Positions 38,985 through 49,800 of a stretch of 64,000 nucleotides of DNA are shown in pieces. Positions within the stretch are counted from its first letter, which is position 1; each line of letters starts with the position of its first letter. Source of the DNA: Cenarchaeum sp. (GTDB taxonomy: Archaea; Thermoproteota; Nitrososphaeria; Nitrososphaerales; Nitrosopumilaceae); assembly GCA_965242695.1 (NCBI GenBank), contig CBDESU010000002.1, positions 1,376,001-1,440,000 on the forward strand, given 5' to 3'. Under the pieces are notes generated by a model. That model searched no databases and was not told the DNA's origin. It worked only from the letters and a program-made list of their open reading frames with translations. Both the position numbers and the translations under genes were made by a program.

Positions 38985-39413
38985 GGCGTCCGATGCCCCT
39001 GCCAGGGCATTCTGTCACTTTTTACAGCCGCAGGCTGCTCGTTGACCGCCGTGCAGACATGCTGGAGACGGGCATGCCACCTGTCGCCGCGTGCCCTACC
39101 GGAGATCGCAAGTACGTGGAAATTGACAGGTGCCGCGTGCACTTTCGCGGCCACGTGCTCCCCGACATCGGCTTTGCCTGATGCCGAGGGCCGCGCTCGG
39201 CGCCCGGCGGCTTGGCACCTGCGCCCCCCTGAAGCCCGATGCCGCTTGCCCCTCCACACTCCGATGTATTCTCGCAGGATGCCGAGGCGGCCGCGTGGCG
39301 GGGCGGCCGTACAGGCCCGATGCCGTCCCGCGCGCTCGGGACGCGGCTCCCAAAGGCGCCGTCCCGCGTGCCGGTCAGGGGAGCACCGCGCGCAGGGGAA
39401 GCGCTCCACGCGG

Positions 39414-39914
39414 CTAGGCGGCGGCAGCTGCGCGCCCGGCGGTGGCCTTGGGCTCGATCAGGCGGCGCACAATCCAGGCGGCGTGGCGGGCCTCGCGGCG
39501 TCGGCCTCGGCATGGCTGCGGTGCCCTGCAACGGCGCTCGCAGCCGAGGCGCGGCCGGCGCCGCCCGGCCCAGTCGAAAAAGAGGGCGCCGTACGGCGCA
39601 CCGCGGCTATCCAGCATCGGTGCGGCCGGCGCGCGCCATGTCTCTAGGCCGTACGCCGCGAAGGCATAATTGGCGCGGGCCTTGTCGTAGCCCGGATTGT
39701 TATATGACATGCCGTCCAGCTCGATCGCAGCCATCTCGGACGGCGCGAGGGGGCCGCGGCGGGGCGGTTCAAAAACCGCTATGAAGTCGGCGACCATGTG
39801 GATGCCGGCGGACACGTGCGGATTGTAGATCTTGACCTGCGGGTATAGCGTCCATTTATGACGACAGAACTCGGGCCCTACTATACAGGCGAAGCATCTC
39901 TCGTTCCAGTTCAT
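39414..39914 (-). CDS. DUF559/Vsr-like endonuclease, possibly degenerate
   Basis: PQVKI...ADF...AIELDG....D..R.....GLETWR pattern; low-complexity tail; start uncertain. Confidence 0.5.
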   Translation of the reverse strand: MNWNERCFACIVGPEFCRHKWTLYPQVKIYNPHVSAGIHMVADFIAVFEPPRRGPLAPSEMAAIELDGMSYNNPGYDKARANYAFAAYGLETWRAPAAPMLDSRGAPYGALFFDWAGRRRPRLGCERRCRAPQPCRGRRREARHAAWIVRRLIEPKATAGRAAAAA

Positions 39915-40755
39915 CGACTCGTCGGCGCCAGGCTTGACGCTGGCCCGCAGGCGTACATGCGTCAGGGGTGCAAGGGTGCCGCTGCGGCAGGGACATATGC
40001 GATCGCGGCATTTGTAGCGCGGGCGGCGTGTGTCGGCGGCTGATGTGAGGAGCGCTTGGCGGCCGCCGCCGGCGGCGCGGGGGCCCAGCGCCGGTCGTTC
40101 GGAGGTTGCCTGATGCGGCAGCGCATGCCTTGTTGCAGTATGCGCCGCCATTTCCCATGATGTCGGTTCGGGCGGCGCAGGTGGCGCAGCGGGACGGGGC
40201 CATTAATCCGGCGGGCCGGTGGCGCGTCACATAAGCGCTGGGCCGGCGGGCCGGCGGACCGGCGGAACCTGTGCACTCGGGCCGCCTGCCTGCGGGTTGA
40301 TTGCGGCACGCGTCTATGACGATCGCACGCCGGGCCGGCCTGCGGGCCTGCGATCTTGCGGCCGGCCTGCCGGCCTGCCGCCCGCGCCGCTGCCCCTGCA
40401 CATGCATCTGCCTGCTGCCGGGCTCTCGCCGCGAGGGCCGCGGCCGCGAATGCGGCAGCGGCCTTGATGCCGCGCCGAGCGCAGTCCACGCATTCGCCGC
40501 CGCGGCCGCGGGCGCCGCCCTTGCATCGACCTTCCCAGCAGCACATCTTCGCTTCCCGCCCCGCTCGCGCCTGCCCGTGCTGTTGCGGCCGCCGCCTCTG
40601 CCGCCTCGGACTCGGCCGCGGCCCGCATGCGCGCCCGATTCGCCACGCTGCGGCCCCCCTGCATCGCATGCCCGAACCGTCCCGCGCCCGCGCAGCGGTC
40701 GGGCGGCCGGCGCGCATGCCCCGCCGCGCGGCGCCGCGGCCCTGTCGCCGAGGGG

Positions 40756-41292
40756 CCCAAGACCCGAATGCGCGCCCTGCCTGTGCGCCGGATCCCATTA
40801 TTCATTTATGGCGCCGCTGCCGCCGGCCCGAGCATGGACGGCGGCAGGCGCGTGCGCCCCTTCGGCATCTCGGGCCCCGCCGCCGCGCCGCCCGTGGACG
40901 TGGGGCCGTCGCTGGCGGCGAGGATGCGCGGCAGCGCCGCGCACGCGAGGTTCGTCGGCGCGGTGCTCTTGGCGTGCGGGTCGCCGCGCGCCGCGCGCCT
41001 CGGCATTGCCAAGTATACGATGGACGAAGAGCGCGATGCTGAAAGCCCGCGGTGGACGACCATCGCCCTCACGGCATGGCTCGCCGGCGGGGATCTGGAC
41101 GCAAGAATGGGCGCGTGGGCGGAGCTGCGCCGCATAGTGGACGAGCGTATAGTGCCGCTCCGGGACGGGGGAGGATGCGAGATGCGGGACATCGACAGCC
41201 GGTTCTTCATAAGCATGGAGCATCAGGGCGCTTGATCCCGGCGGCGGCCTCGGGCCTGCCGCACGGATGCGCAGGGGCGGAGGGTTGCGCGG
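40756..41292 (+). repeat. ~540-bp direct repeat, left copy (right copy 45265-45801)
   Basis: Near-identical sequence, offset 4509 bp; more degenerate similarity extends ~100 bp upstream. Confidence 0.92.
40834..41235 (+). CDS. Stand-alone paralogue of the HEPN-partner C-terminal domain, copy 1
   Basis: Shares W.E.RRIVDERIVPLRDGGG.EMR.IDSRFFIS with 36704-37366; CATTTATG box upstream. Confidence 0.6.
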   Translation: MDGGRRVRPFGISGPAAAPPVDVGPSLAARMRGSAAHARFVGAVLLACGSPRAARLGIAKYTMDEERDAESPRWTTIALTAWLAGGDLDARMGAWAELRRIVDERIVPLRDGGGCEMRDIDSRFFISMEHQGA

Positions 41293-41868
41293 TGGCATCC
41301 GCTTGGGACGGCCGTCAGGCGGCGCAGGGTTTGGCCCGCCCTGCTTTTGCCGTGCAACTGAGAGGCTCGGAAAATTGACACAGCTGGCAGAGGTTTGCCT
41401 GGGCGTCAAGTCACGTCAGGTGCCCAGAGCCCGCCCGCCTGCAGGCGCCTCGCAATGCCTGGCACGAGCCGCATGCGATCGGCCTGCCAGCCACTTGGCC
41501 CCGCACGACCGCCTCGTCGTCGGCTGCTAGCGGAAAGACGTGTGTCCGGCCCCTCCTCGGCATCCGCCGCCGCCCTGCCTGGCGGCGCAGACGCGCGTCG
41601 TGTCGTGGCGGGCCCGGGGCCGGGCCTGGGCCGGCGCGCCATGGCGCAGCGCCGAGCCGAGCCCCGCGCCGCCAAACTACCGCCAGCCGGAGATGATCGC
41701 CGCATGCGCGACGGCGCCCGTGTGGGCGCCCTGGCCGACATCTGCGCCGCCCGGGGCGCCGCGGGCCTGGCATGCGCACTTGCAAGATGCGATGCGCCCG
41801 GACGCAGGAGTGGGGATGTGCGCCCCGCGTTACTCAGGCTGCGGGCGCCTAGAGGCGCCTATATTAAT

Positions 41869-43263
41869 ATGGCGCAGCGATCGGGCCAAGGCGTGGGCCA
41901 GGGGAAAAGGGCGGCACGCGGTGGATCGCGGGGCGTACAGACTACATCCGCAAGCTACAGGCAAACTCGCCTAGGGACCATCTCGCGCACGACGAAGCCT
42001 AAAAAAAGCATGCGAGACGAACACTCTCGCCGCGAGCCGCTGCTTGTATGGCCCCAAAGGGCGCAGGGCATCCGGCAGGCACACGCCCCTCCCACCAAAA
42101 GACTTGTGCTACGAAAGTCGACGTCGTCGTGCAGCACGAATACAAAAAACATGCTTATTGACGGCGACAACCTGGAGGCCCTAAAACTGCTTGTTGACGA
42201 GTACAGGGGCCGCGTCAAAGTAGTGTATATTGATCCGCCATACAACACCATGAAGGACAGGATGTACAACGATCGAACTCCGCATGACAAGTGGATGCTG
42301 ATGATGTATCCGCGCCTGATGCTGGCCAGGGAGCTGCTCACAGACGACGGAACGATATTTATTTCGATCGGGCTGGACGAGATCCACCGCCTTCGAATAA
42401 TGATGGACGACATATTTGGAGAACAAAACATGATCTCCGAGGTTGTCTGGCACAGCAAATATACGACCGCCAACGACAAACAGTTCATTTCTGCACAGCA
42501 TGAATACGTGCTGATCTACGCAAAAAACATATCGAGCGCAAGGTTCAACCTCCTTCCGCGCACGAGCGATGCCGACCAGGCGTACAGGAACCCGGACAAC
42601 GATCCGCGCGGACCCTGGAAGGCGACGCCGCTACACGCGAAGAGCGGAAGAAGGAACGCCAGTTACACCTTTACCGGCGTGCGCAGGTACGACGGCAAAA
42701 AAATTCCGTCCTTCAGGTGGTCCGCCCCGAAAGGCCGCTACCCACGATACAGCGCGGAAACGCTTCGGAAGCTAGAGAAGGACAATCGCATAACATGCGG
42801 CAAAAATGGCTCCGGCGTGCCCAACGTCAAGACGTTTCTGTGCGACGTGAAGCAGGGCATGATACCGGGGAGCGTCTGGAGGTACGACGCCGTAGGGCAC
42901 ACCCATGAGGCGAACGAGGAGCTCTCCCGCATAGTCGGCAAGGGGGTATTCGACAACCCGAAACCAACCAGATTGATAAAGCGCATTCTGTACCTGGCAA
43001 CAAGCGCTCGTGGAAACGACATCGTCCTTGATTTTTTTGCGGGGTCCGGGACGACCGCACACTCGGTAATGGACCTAAATTGCGACGACTGGGGAAATCG
43101 CAGGTTTATCTGCATACAGGACTCAAAAAAGATCGACAGGGAGGGCTACAAGGAAATAGGCGAAATTGCGCGGTGCCGGATACGCAAGGTTGCCGTTGAT
43201 TTTTCCAAAAAACTGGCCGCTGACGGCTTGGACTTTGGGTTCAAAAACTTTGTCTTGAGGTAA
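41869..43263 (+). CDS. Adenine-specific DNA methyltransferase, beta class (Mod-like); start uncertain (41869/41893/42010)
   Basis: LIDGDNLEALK, YIDPPYNT, YRNPDNDPRGPW, FDNPKPTRL, LDFFAGSGTTAH. Confidence 0.92.
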   Translation: MAQRSGQGVGQGKRAARGGSRGVQTTSASYRQTRLGTISRTTKPKKSMRDEHSRREPLLVWPQRAQGIRQAHAPPTKRLVLRKSTSSCSTNTKNMLIDGDNLEALKLLVDEYRGRVKVVYIDPPYNTMKDRMYNDRTPHDKWMLMMYPRLMLARELLTDDGTIFISIGLDEIHRLRIMMDDIFGEQNMISEVVWHSKYTTANDKQFISAQHEYVLIYAKNISSARFNLLPRTSDADQAYRNPDNDPRGPWKATPLHAKSGRRNASYTFTGVRRYDGKKIPSFRWSAPKGRYPRYSAETLRKLEKDNRITCGKNGSGVPNVKTFLCDVKQGMIPGSVWRYDAVGHTHEANEELSRIVGKGVFDNPKPTRLIKRILYLATSARGNDIVLDFFAGSGTTAHSVMDLNCDDWGNRRFICIQDSKKIDREGYKEIGEIARCRIRKVAVDFSKKLAADGLDFGFKNFVLR

Positions 43264-43282
43264 ACGCGGGCGGTGTGGCGGC

Positions 43283-44367
43283 ATGGTCATAAAAATCGAT
43301 CTGAGTGGGCCAAAAAACCTTGCCTACAGGGTAAGGGTAAACGAGATTGTCGAGGAGGGGTGGGACTACTACCTGTCCAAGTTCAAAAAATCAAAAAATC
43401 AGACGGTCGAATCCAAAAAGCTTGAGGTTAAAAAAGGGTTTTTGGCAGAATACGTCATTCGCGACCAACTGGACATGAGCGGGTTCGACCCCGACAACTC
43501 TGACTATTCGGCAGACATGGTCAATCCGCACGGATTGAAGATAGACATAAAAACCGAGGGGGTGAGGTTTGATTTCCAGGAAGAATACGTCGGCAGCGGG
43601 CAAATCCCTAGGCAGGCCAAGCATAATTTTCACCCCCGGCAACTCTATGATCTGTAAAGTGAAGTGTACCACATCTAGGTCAGGTGGGCGGATGTTCTGG
43701 GCGCCAAGAGACCTGTTTAAGCGCCCGCTTATGGCATCCTGGCAGACACCTGCACTTTACTGATGATCCCAACTTGGCGACCACGGACTTGTTTTTAGTC
43801 ACGCGGCTGCGCACAGGAGATCGTTTTCCGGGAACGGGGAGATCCACCGAAAAGCGCTGGAGCTTGTGGGTTTGCGGGTGGGTGTCAAAAAAGCGCGTGA
43901 TGCGAGAGGGCGTTCTGATACCCCGAGGCGGGATAACAGAGCAAGGAAGTAAGTTTTTCGACTACCGCAGCCACAATGTAGAGTTTTACCAGTTTGCGCT
44001 GAACAAAATTACAGACCTAGAGAAATGGTTCAACACCACAGACCGAGAGGCGCTGCGAGAGGACGAGTCTCGAGATCCCAACGACACGCAACAATGCACC
44101 AACGCAGATGCGCAAAGAATTGCATCAGACCTGCTAGCGAAAGACGTCATTACGCGCAGGCAGTTTTATGACATAAATAAATATTTGGGACTGCAAGACA
44201 GGCACGTCCCTTCCATACTGGACAACAACCTCACCATTAGATTCATCAAGTACCTGGTCAAAAGGGATGTGCTCGAAAGCGACATCGTGGAAAAGCTGGC
44301 GTCGTACGGAATTGTGGAGACGAGGCCGGAAGATCTTGATGAACTACGGCGCTTTTTCTCCCAATAG
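43283..44367 (+). pseudogene. Putative PD-(D/E)XK restriction endonuclease interrupted by a MITE (322 aa when restored)
   Basis: Follows the MTase; G.LAE...AD...IDIKT motif; deleting the 116-bp insertion joins ...PRQLYD-PNLATTD... in frame. Confidence 0.8.
43652..43762. mobile_element. ~110-bp non-autonomous MITE-like insertion
   Basis: Imperfect TIRs CTGTAAAGTGAAGTGT / ACACCTGCACTTTACTG; flanking duplication ATGAT(C) at 43647 and 43763. Confidence 0.85.
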
Positions 44368-44786
44368 AAAACGCAGGTGCTTGCGGCAGAGGTGGGCAGG
44401 CCTGGCGGCGCGGGAGAAAGATCTCGGCGTCTGCAGCGGCGGGAGGTGGCAATCCCCGTGCCACAAGGTCGCTGAGATCGGTGCCGGCGACGCAGATGCG
44501 CCCCCGTGTAAGCAAAATGCCCGGTAGGGCCCTGATCAGTCGGCCCACTCTGGTCCTCACGGAGGCGGTCTTGGCTCGCGAATTTCCGCCATTCTGACGC
44601 TCGAGGAGAGCGCACCGCTAGCGATATCTTCGCAGCGCAGTACGACGGGCGCCGCCGCGTGGCGGGTGGGGCATGGATCGGGCGCCTCTCGCCGGCAGCC
44701 TAGATCGATGCACGGGAGGCTGCCCTCCCCGCGGGCCATGCGCGATCCGCCGATCTGTGCCATGCCGCCCTGCGGCTGCACTTGGG

Positions 44787-44915
44787 CACGTCGGCCATAT
44801 GCACGACGGACACGACGCTTGCCGACATTGTCGGCAGCGGCGACGAGTTCGGACGCCTCCAAGTTCAGCTGACCCGCGGGCCGCTCATCGACCTGCTGTC
44901 CGGCGGCGGCGCGTG
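44787..44915 (+). pseudogene. 3' remnant of a third PIN gene
   Basis: cggccatatgcacgacggacacg..ttgccgacattgtcggca..gagttcgg..cagctgac..ccgctcatcgacctgctgtccggcggc matches the PIN 3' ends at ~33670-33790 and ~35250-35373. Confidence 0.75.
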
Positions 44916-45264
44916 ACTCTGCCTCGCAGCGCGCGACTGCGCCTGCCTGCCCTCCTGCTGCGGGCCGGCGGGGCGGCTCGGCGCCGGCGGCGGGCAGCGA
45001 CGCCACTGCCGCCGATCCCTGTTTCCCTCTTCCCCTCCCCCGTCCGCGACCCGTAGGCCGGATATGCTTCTGCCGTCCCCTGCGGCATGCCGGGCCGCTG
45101 CCGCCGCGGCCTCCTTGAACCGCATGCCTGAGCCATTCGCGCCTGCACAGCGGGCGGGCCGGCGCGCATATTCTGCCGCGCGAACGCGGCGGCCCCTGGC
45201 GCAGTGCGCGCGGGCCACGGGTGCGTCCCGCTGCGGCGCGACAGGCGGCCCGGCCGCCGAGGTT

Positions 45265-45801
45265 CCCAGGACCCGAATGCGCGCCCCGCCCGTGCGCCGG
45301 ATCCCGCTGCTCATTTATGGCGCCGCTGCCGCCGGCCCGAGCATGGACGGCGGCAGGCGCGTACGCCCCTTCGGCATCTCGGGCCCCGCCGCCGCGCCGC
45401 CCGTGGACGTGGGGCCGTCGCTGGCGGCGAGGATGCGCGGCAGCGCCGCGCACGCGAGGTTCGTCGGCGCGGTGCTCTTGGCGTGCGGGTCGCCGCGCGC
45501 CGTGCGCCTCGGCATTGCCAAGTATACGATGGACGAAGAGCGCGATGCTGAAAGCCCGCGGTGGACAACCATCGCCCTCGCGGCATGGCTCGCCGGCGGG
45601 GATCTGGACGCAAGAATGGGCGCGTGGGCGGAGCTGCGCCGCATAGTGGACGAGCGTATAGTGCCGCTCCGGGACGGGGGAGGATGCGAGATGCGGGACA
45701 TCGACAGCCGGTTCTTCATAAGCATGGAGCATCAGGGCGCTTGATCCCGGCGGCGGCCTCGGGCCTGCCGCACGGATGCGCGGGGGCGGAAGGGTGCGCG
45801 G
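45265..45801 (+). repeat. ~540-bp direct repeat, right copy
   Basis: Matches 40756-41292 with few substitutions. Confidence 0.92.
45343..45744 (+). CDS. Stand-alone paralogue of the HEPN-partner C-terminal domain, copy 2
   Basis: Differs from copy 1 at ~2 residues. Confidence 0.6.
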   Translation: MDGGRRVRPFGISGPAAAPPVDVGPSLAARMRGSAAHARFVGAVLLACGSPRAVRLGIAKYTMDEERDAESPRWTTIALAAWLAGGDLDARMGAWAELRRIVDERIVPLRDGGGCEMRDIDSRFFISMEHQGA

Positions 45802-46754
45802 CGGGGCCGGAACAAGGGCCGCAGCGGGCGCTGCCGCTTCCGCTCCGTCGGCATGCAGCTCGTCCTGTCCGAGCCGGAACAAGGACCGGCGCCGGCAGGG
45901 GCTGCCTCCCCTTGCCGCCGCCGGCAAGGCCGTGCCTTGCCATCTGCGAGGCCGGCGGGGGATGCGGCTGCGCAGGACGGCCGCGCCCTGCGTGCAAGGG
46001 ACGGGCCGAAGTCTTGGGCACCTGCCAGGGCGCCTGCGCCCCGGGGCCGGCCCGTGCGAAGACTCCCTGGCGGGGACGCGACTGGCGGTTGGCACGGCGC
46101 AGGCGCCGCCGCGGCATCAGATGCCCCGCGGCGGACCGCGAACCGCCGGAACAGGGCAAGCATTCTGCAGCCGCCGCGCATGCGGGAGGCGCCCGCGCAG
46201 CGCGAGACGGCGGCAGCGGCGGCGGCGGCGGCGCGGGGACGAGGCGGAGCCAGGCGGGAAGCGCGCGGCGATCTGCGGACCGGAGCCTAGGGGACGGGGA
46301 GGCGCCCGCGGGCGGGAACGCCTGCCCCGTGCCCCCGCGCCGCGGTCCCGGGGCGGATGCGCCGCCCCCTGCCGCGCGTCCAAGGCATGGGGATAGGCGC
46401 GCACTGCCCCCTTTGGTTACGCCGCGCCCCTCCCCCTCCCGCCGGCGCACCTTGGGGCGATCGCCCGGCGCCCTCCATGCCCCCATGCCCCTGCACCTGT
46501 CCCCGGCCTGCGCCTTCACACTGCCGTCCCGCCGCATGCCGCTCGGCATGTCGCCCGGCATGCCGCGGCCTAGCCTGCGAGGGGGTTGGACGCGGGCATC
46601 CCTCCAGCTGCCCACCACTGCCAAAAACCCTGCCTTGACTGCGCTGCCGTACGGGAGGCTTGGCGCCCGGTGCCTTAAAACAGCCCACCCGTGTCAAAAA
46701 AGACGCCGCTTCTGCCAAAAATTTGGCGCCGTATGCGCAGGACAAGCTCACGCC

Positions 46755-46763
46755 TTAAATATA
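46755..46763 (+). promoter_or_regulatory. TATA box upstream of the uORF/giant surface protein
   Basis: TTAAATATA; predicted TSS ~46785 coincides with ATG 46786. Confidence 0.55.
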
Positions 46764-46785
46764 CCCGCCTGCGAGCACGGCCGAA

Positions 46786-46863
46786 ATGCACACTTTTTCA
46801 TGGGGGGGGGGGTGCAGGGTGTACCACGCTGACCGCCGGAATGGGAGGGCGGGCACGCCATGA
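46786..46863 (+). other. Candidate 25-aa leaderless uORF containing G11, stop overlapping the surface-protein start
   Basis: MHTFSWGGGCRVYHADRRNGRAGTP*; TGA 46861-46863 overlaps ATG 46860. Confidence 0.4.
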
Positions 46864-49800
46864 CGGGGTTGCCGGCCGCTGCGCTTGTCGTGGTTGCGGC
46901 GTTGCTTGCGATTGCGGTGGCGGCGGCGCCCGGCGACGCATACGCGCAGGGTGCGCACCATCCGGAATGCGACTCGGGCGCTGACAGGGACTGCGTGTAC
47001 CACGTTACCCGCGCGCTCCATGTCGGCGACAAGCAGCCTTGGATAATCAAGGAGGATCCCTCCACGGGCCACGTCTACGTGGCCAACAAGCCGCACACGA
47101 GGTCCATAGACAGCGACTATGCGCACCTGCGAATATACGACAGCTACGAGAACGGCCATGTGCTGATAAAGGACGTGCGCTTCAACGGGACCAACTCGCG
47201 CATCAGCGACTTTGAAATCAACAACATGACAAGGGAGATCCATGTGGTCCACCTGTGGGGCGTAGGCGATGCGAGCCTGGGGTGGGACGGGCGGCAGCAC
47301 AAGAGCGACGGCAGGGCAAACCTGACGACCATCGCCATCGGCTCGTACGACGTAGTGGAGACGATCGAGCTAAAGCACAGCGAGATCATACCGGGCCAAT
47401 CGGCCATAGTAAACGCCAGCCGGTACTCCATCTGGGACGTCGCCGTCGACGAGCGGCGCGACATTGCGTACGTCTCCAGCCTCCACGACTGGCAGGGGCC
47501 CGTCCCGAACGTAAGCGAGTGGCTGGGGCCGATACTGGTAGTAGACACGTCCGACACGACGCTCCTGGACACGGTCGTGAACCACACTGTCGGCAGCGGG
47601 CAGGACGGCGCCTGGGACGCGCACGACGTTGCCGCGCCGGCATCCGCAATGGCCGTGGATTCCGATACGGGGCTGGTGTACGCGGCAGCGCGCGTCGGGG
47701 ACCAGTACGGCCAGCAGAATCCATCCGCCCCGAACCACTCGTGGGGCATCGCGCTGCTGTCGTTTCACGATGGCGACGGCGAGCTGACGCCGAACTACCA
47801 GCGGCTGGGCTTTCTGAACATGACGTCAAACCCCCACCCCTCCCCCGGCTGCTCGAACAACGACTACAACAACTGGCCCTGCTACGAAGACGTCCGCGTC
47901 AGCGACCTCCACCTCGACAAGGCCCGCAGCCAGCTGTTTGCACTGTACGCCAACCACACCGTATGGGCATTCCAACTCAACGGCACGGGGCACCCGGAGG
48001 CCCCAGTTGAAATCAACGTCAGGGACACCGACACGACGCCGTTCCACGGCGAAGATCGCATACACGACATGGTTCTGGACGCCGAGCGCGGGCTGCTCTA
48101 CGTCGTGCGGTACGACTATACCGATCCGCGCGTGGTCGTGATCAACGCAACCGACAAGGCCAACTACGCCGAGATCGGCTCGGCCTCGCTCACGAGCCAG
48201 CCCGTGGGCATCGGATTCGACCCCGTGGGAGGCACCGTCTACGTCCTGCCGCAGTGGTCACCGCACGCGTACGTGATAGAGGCCGAGCCGCGGTCCGAGC
48301 TGCAAAAGCGCATAGACAACGCATCGGCTGGCGACACGATCGTCGTGCCGGGCGGGACGTACGACGACACCGTCCTTGACGTCACAAAGCCGCTGACGCT
48401 CACGTCAGGGACGGGGATGCCGGGCGATGTCGTATTCACGGGGTACTCGCGGGTGGAGATCGAGGCCGACGACGTGACGGTAAGGGGGCTCACGTTCAGG
48501 GACACCGACTGCCTGCCGGGGTACGGCGCCCCGCTCATCGAGATACGGACGCAGCACAACGCGGATCGCAGCAACTTGGTAATCGAAAACAACACGTTCA
48601 GCAACACCTGCCATCCTGCCATACAAAAGGAGGGCATCGCAGACATCGTGAACATTGCAATCCGCAACAACGTCTTCGAGAACATCGGGCTGAACCTGCC
48701 GCCTGGCGAGACCGAGCCGCTCGACACGGGCGGCGCCAACGAGTTCCAGATCACGCACGGCGCGATCGGGCTGGCGCACCACCCGGGTCAAGGGACGGTA
48801 AGCGGCGTCATCGCGGACAACCACATATCTGGGACAAGCGCGGCAGGCATACGCGTCTTCAAGGCCGACGGCCTGGCGATCACGGGAAACTACATTGCCG
48901 ACACGCCCTCTAGCGCAATCGGCCTGGCCCACGCCGCAAGCAACGTCCTAGTCGCAAACAACACCATAGTCGGCGCCAACAGCGAGCCCGACCTAGACTA
49001 CCTTGCGGGCGTTAACGGCAGCGGCATCGAGGGCCACTACAGGTTCGCAAACCTGGGCGACAGGACGACCGACTATCTCGGCTTCGATCCCTACATGATG
49101 GGAGCAGAGCCAGCCTCTGGCCGCAATGTGAACGAGTTTGCAAGGGCCAACATACCGTGGCGAAACGGCACGGCCGTCCCGTCGCCGGATGCGGCAATAA
49201 ACATCTGGTCAAAGGCGACCAACATCACCGTCACCAGCAACACGATCTCGGGGAGCGACGGAGCCCTGACGGTCTGCACCGGCGTGTGCGCGTACAACAG
49301 CGACGGATTCGTGGCCCCTCGCGGCCGCACCATCGCACCCATCGTCGGGACCGGAGGCATAGGCGGCGAAATCAACTTCACCGGCAACACGATATACGCG
49401 CACACAGGCCCCGACAACGGCGGGGTGCAGGTCCGCAGCTACGCCCTCGGGACGATCGGCGCCGGCGGCAACACGTACGTCGGGTGCGGCATGGGGGGCG
49501 AGCCCGTCCGCACGGCGGGGAACATCGACAACGGATCCAGGCAGTACGAGGACGGGGGGTGCGCGTACCACGTCACGCGCACGCTCGGCGTCGGCGACAT
49601 CATACCGAATATGGTCCGGGTGGACGAAGAGACGGGAAACGTCTATGTCGCCAACAGGCCCCACCTGGGCACGCGCGACCAGGACTACTCCCACCTGCGC
49701 ATATACGACGGGGACACGGCCGAGATGCTCGGCGACATCCGCTTCAACGGGACCAACTCGCGCATATCGGACATCGAGGTGTCCGGCGGGACGGCGTACG

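Noticed and set aside
41869-44367. Complete type III R-M system
   Set aside because: The MTase is Mod-like, but the downstream gene is short and lacks helicase motifs
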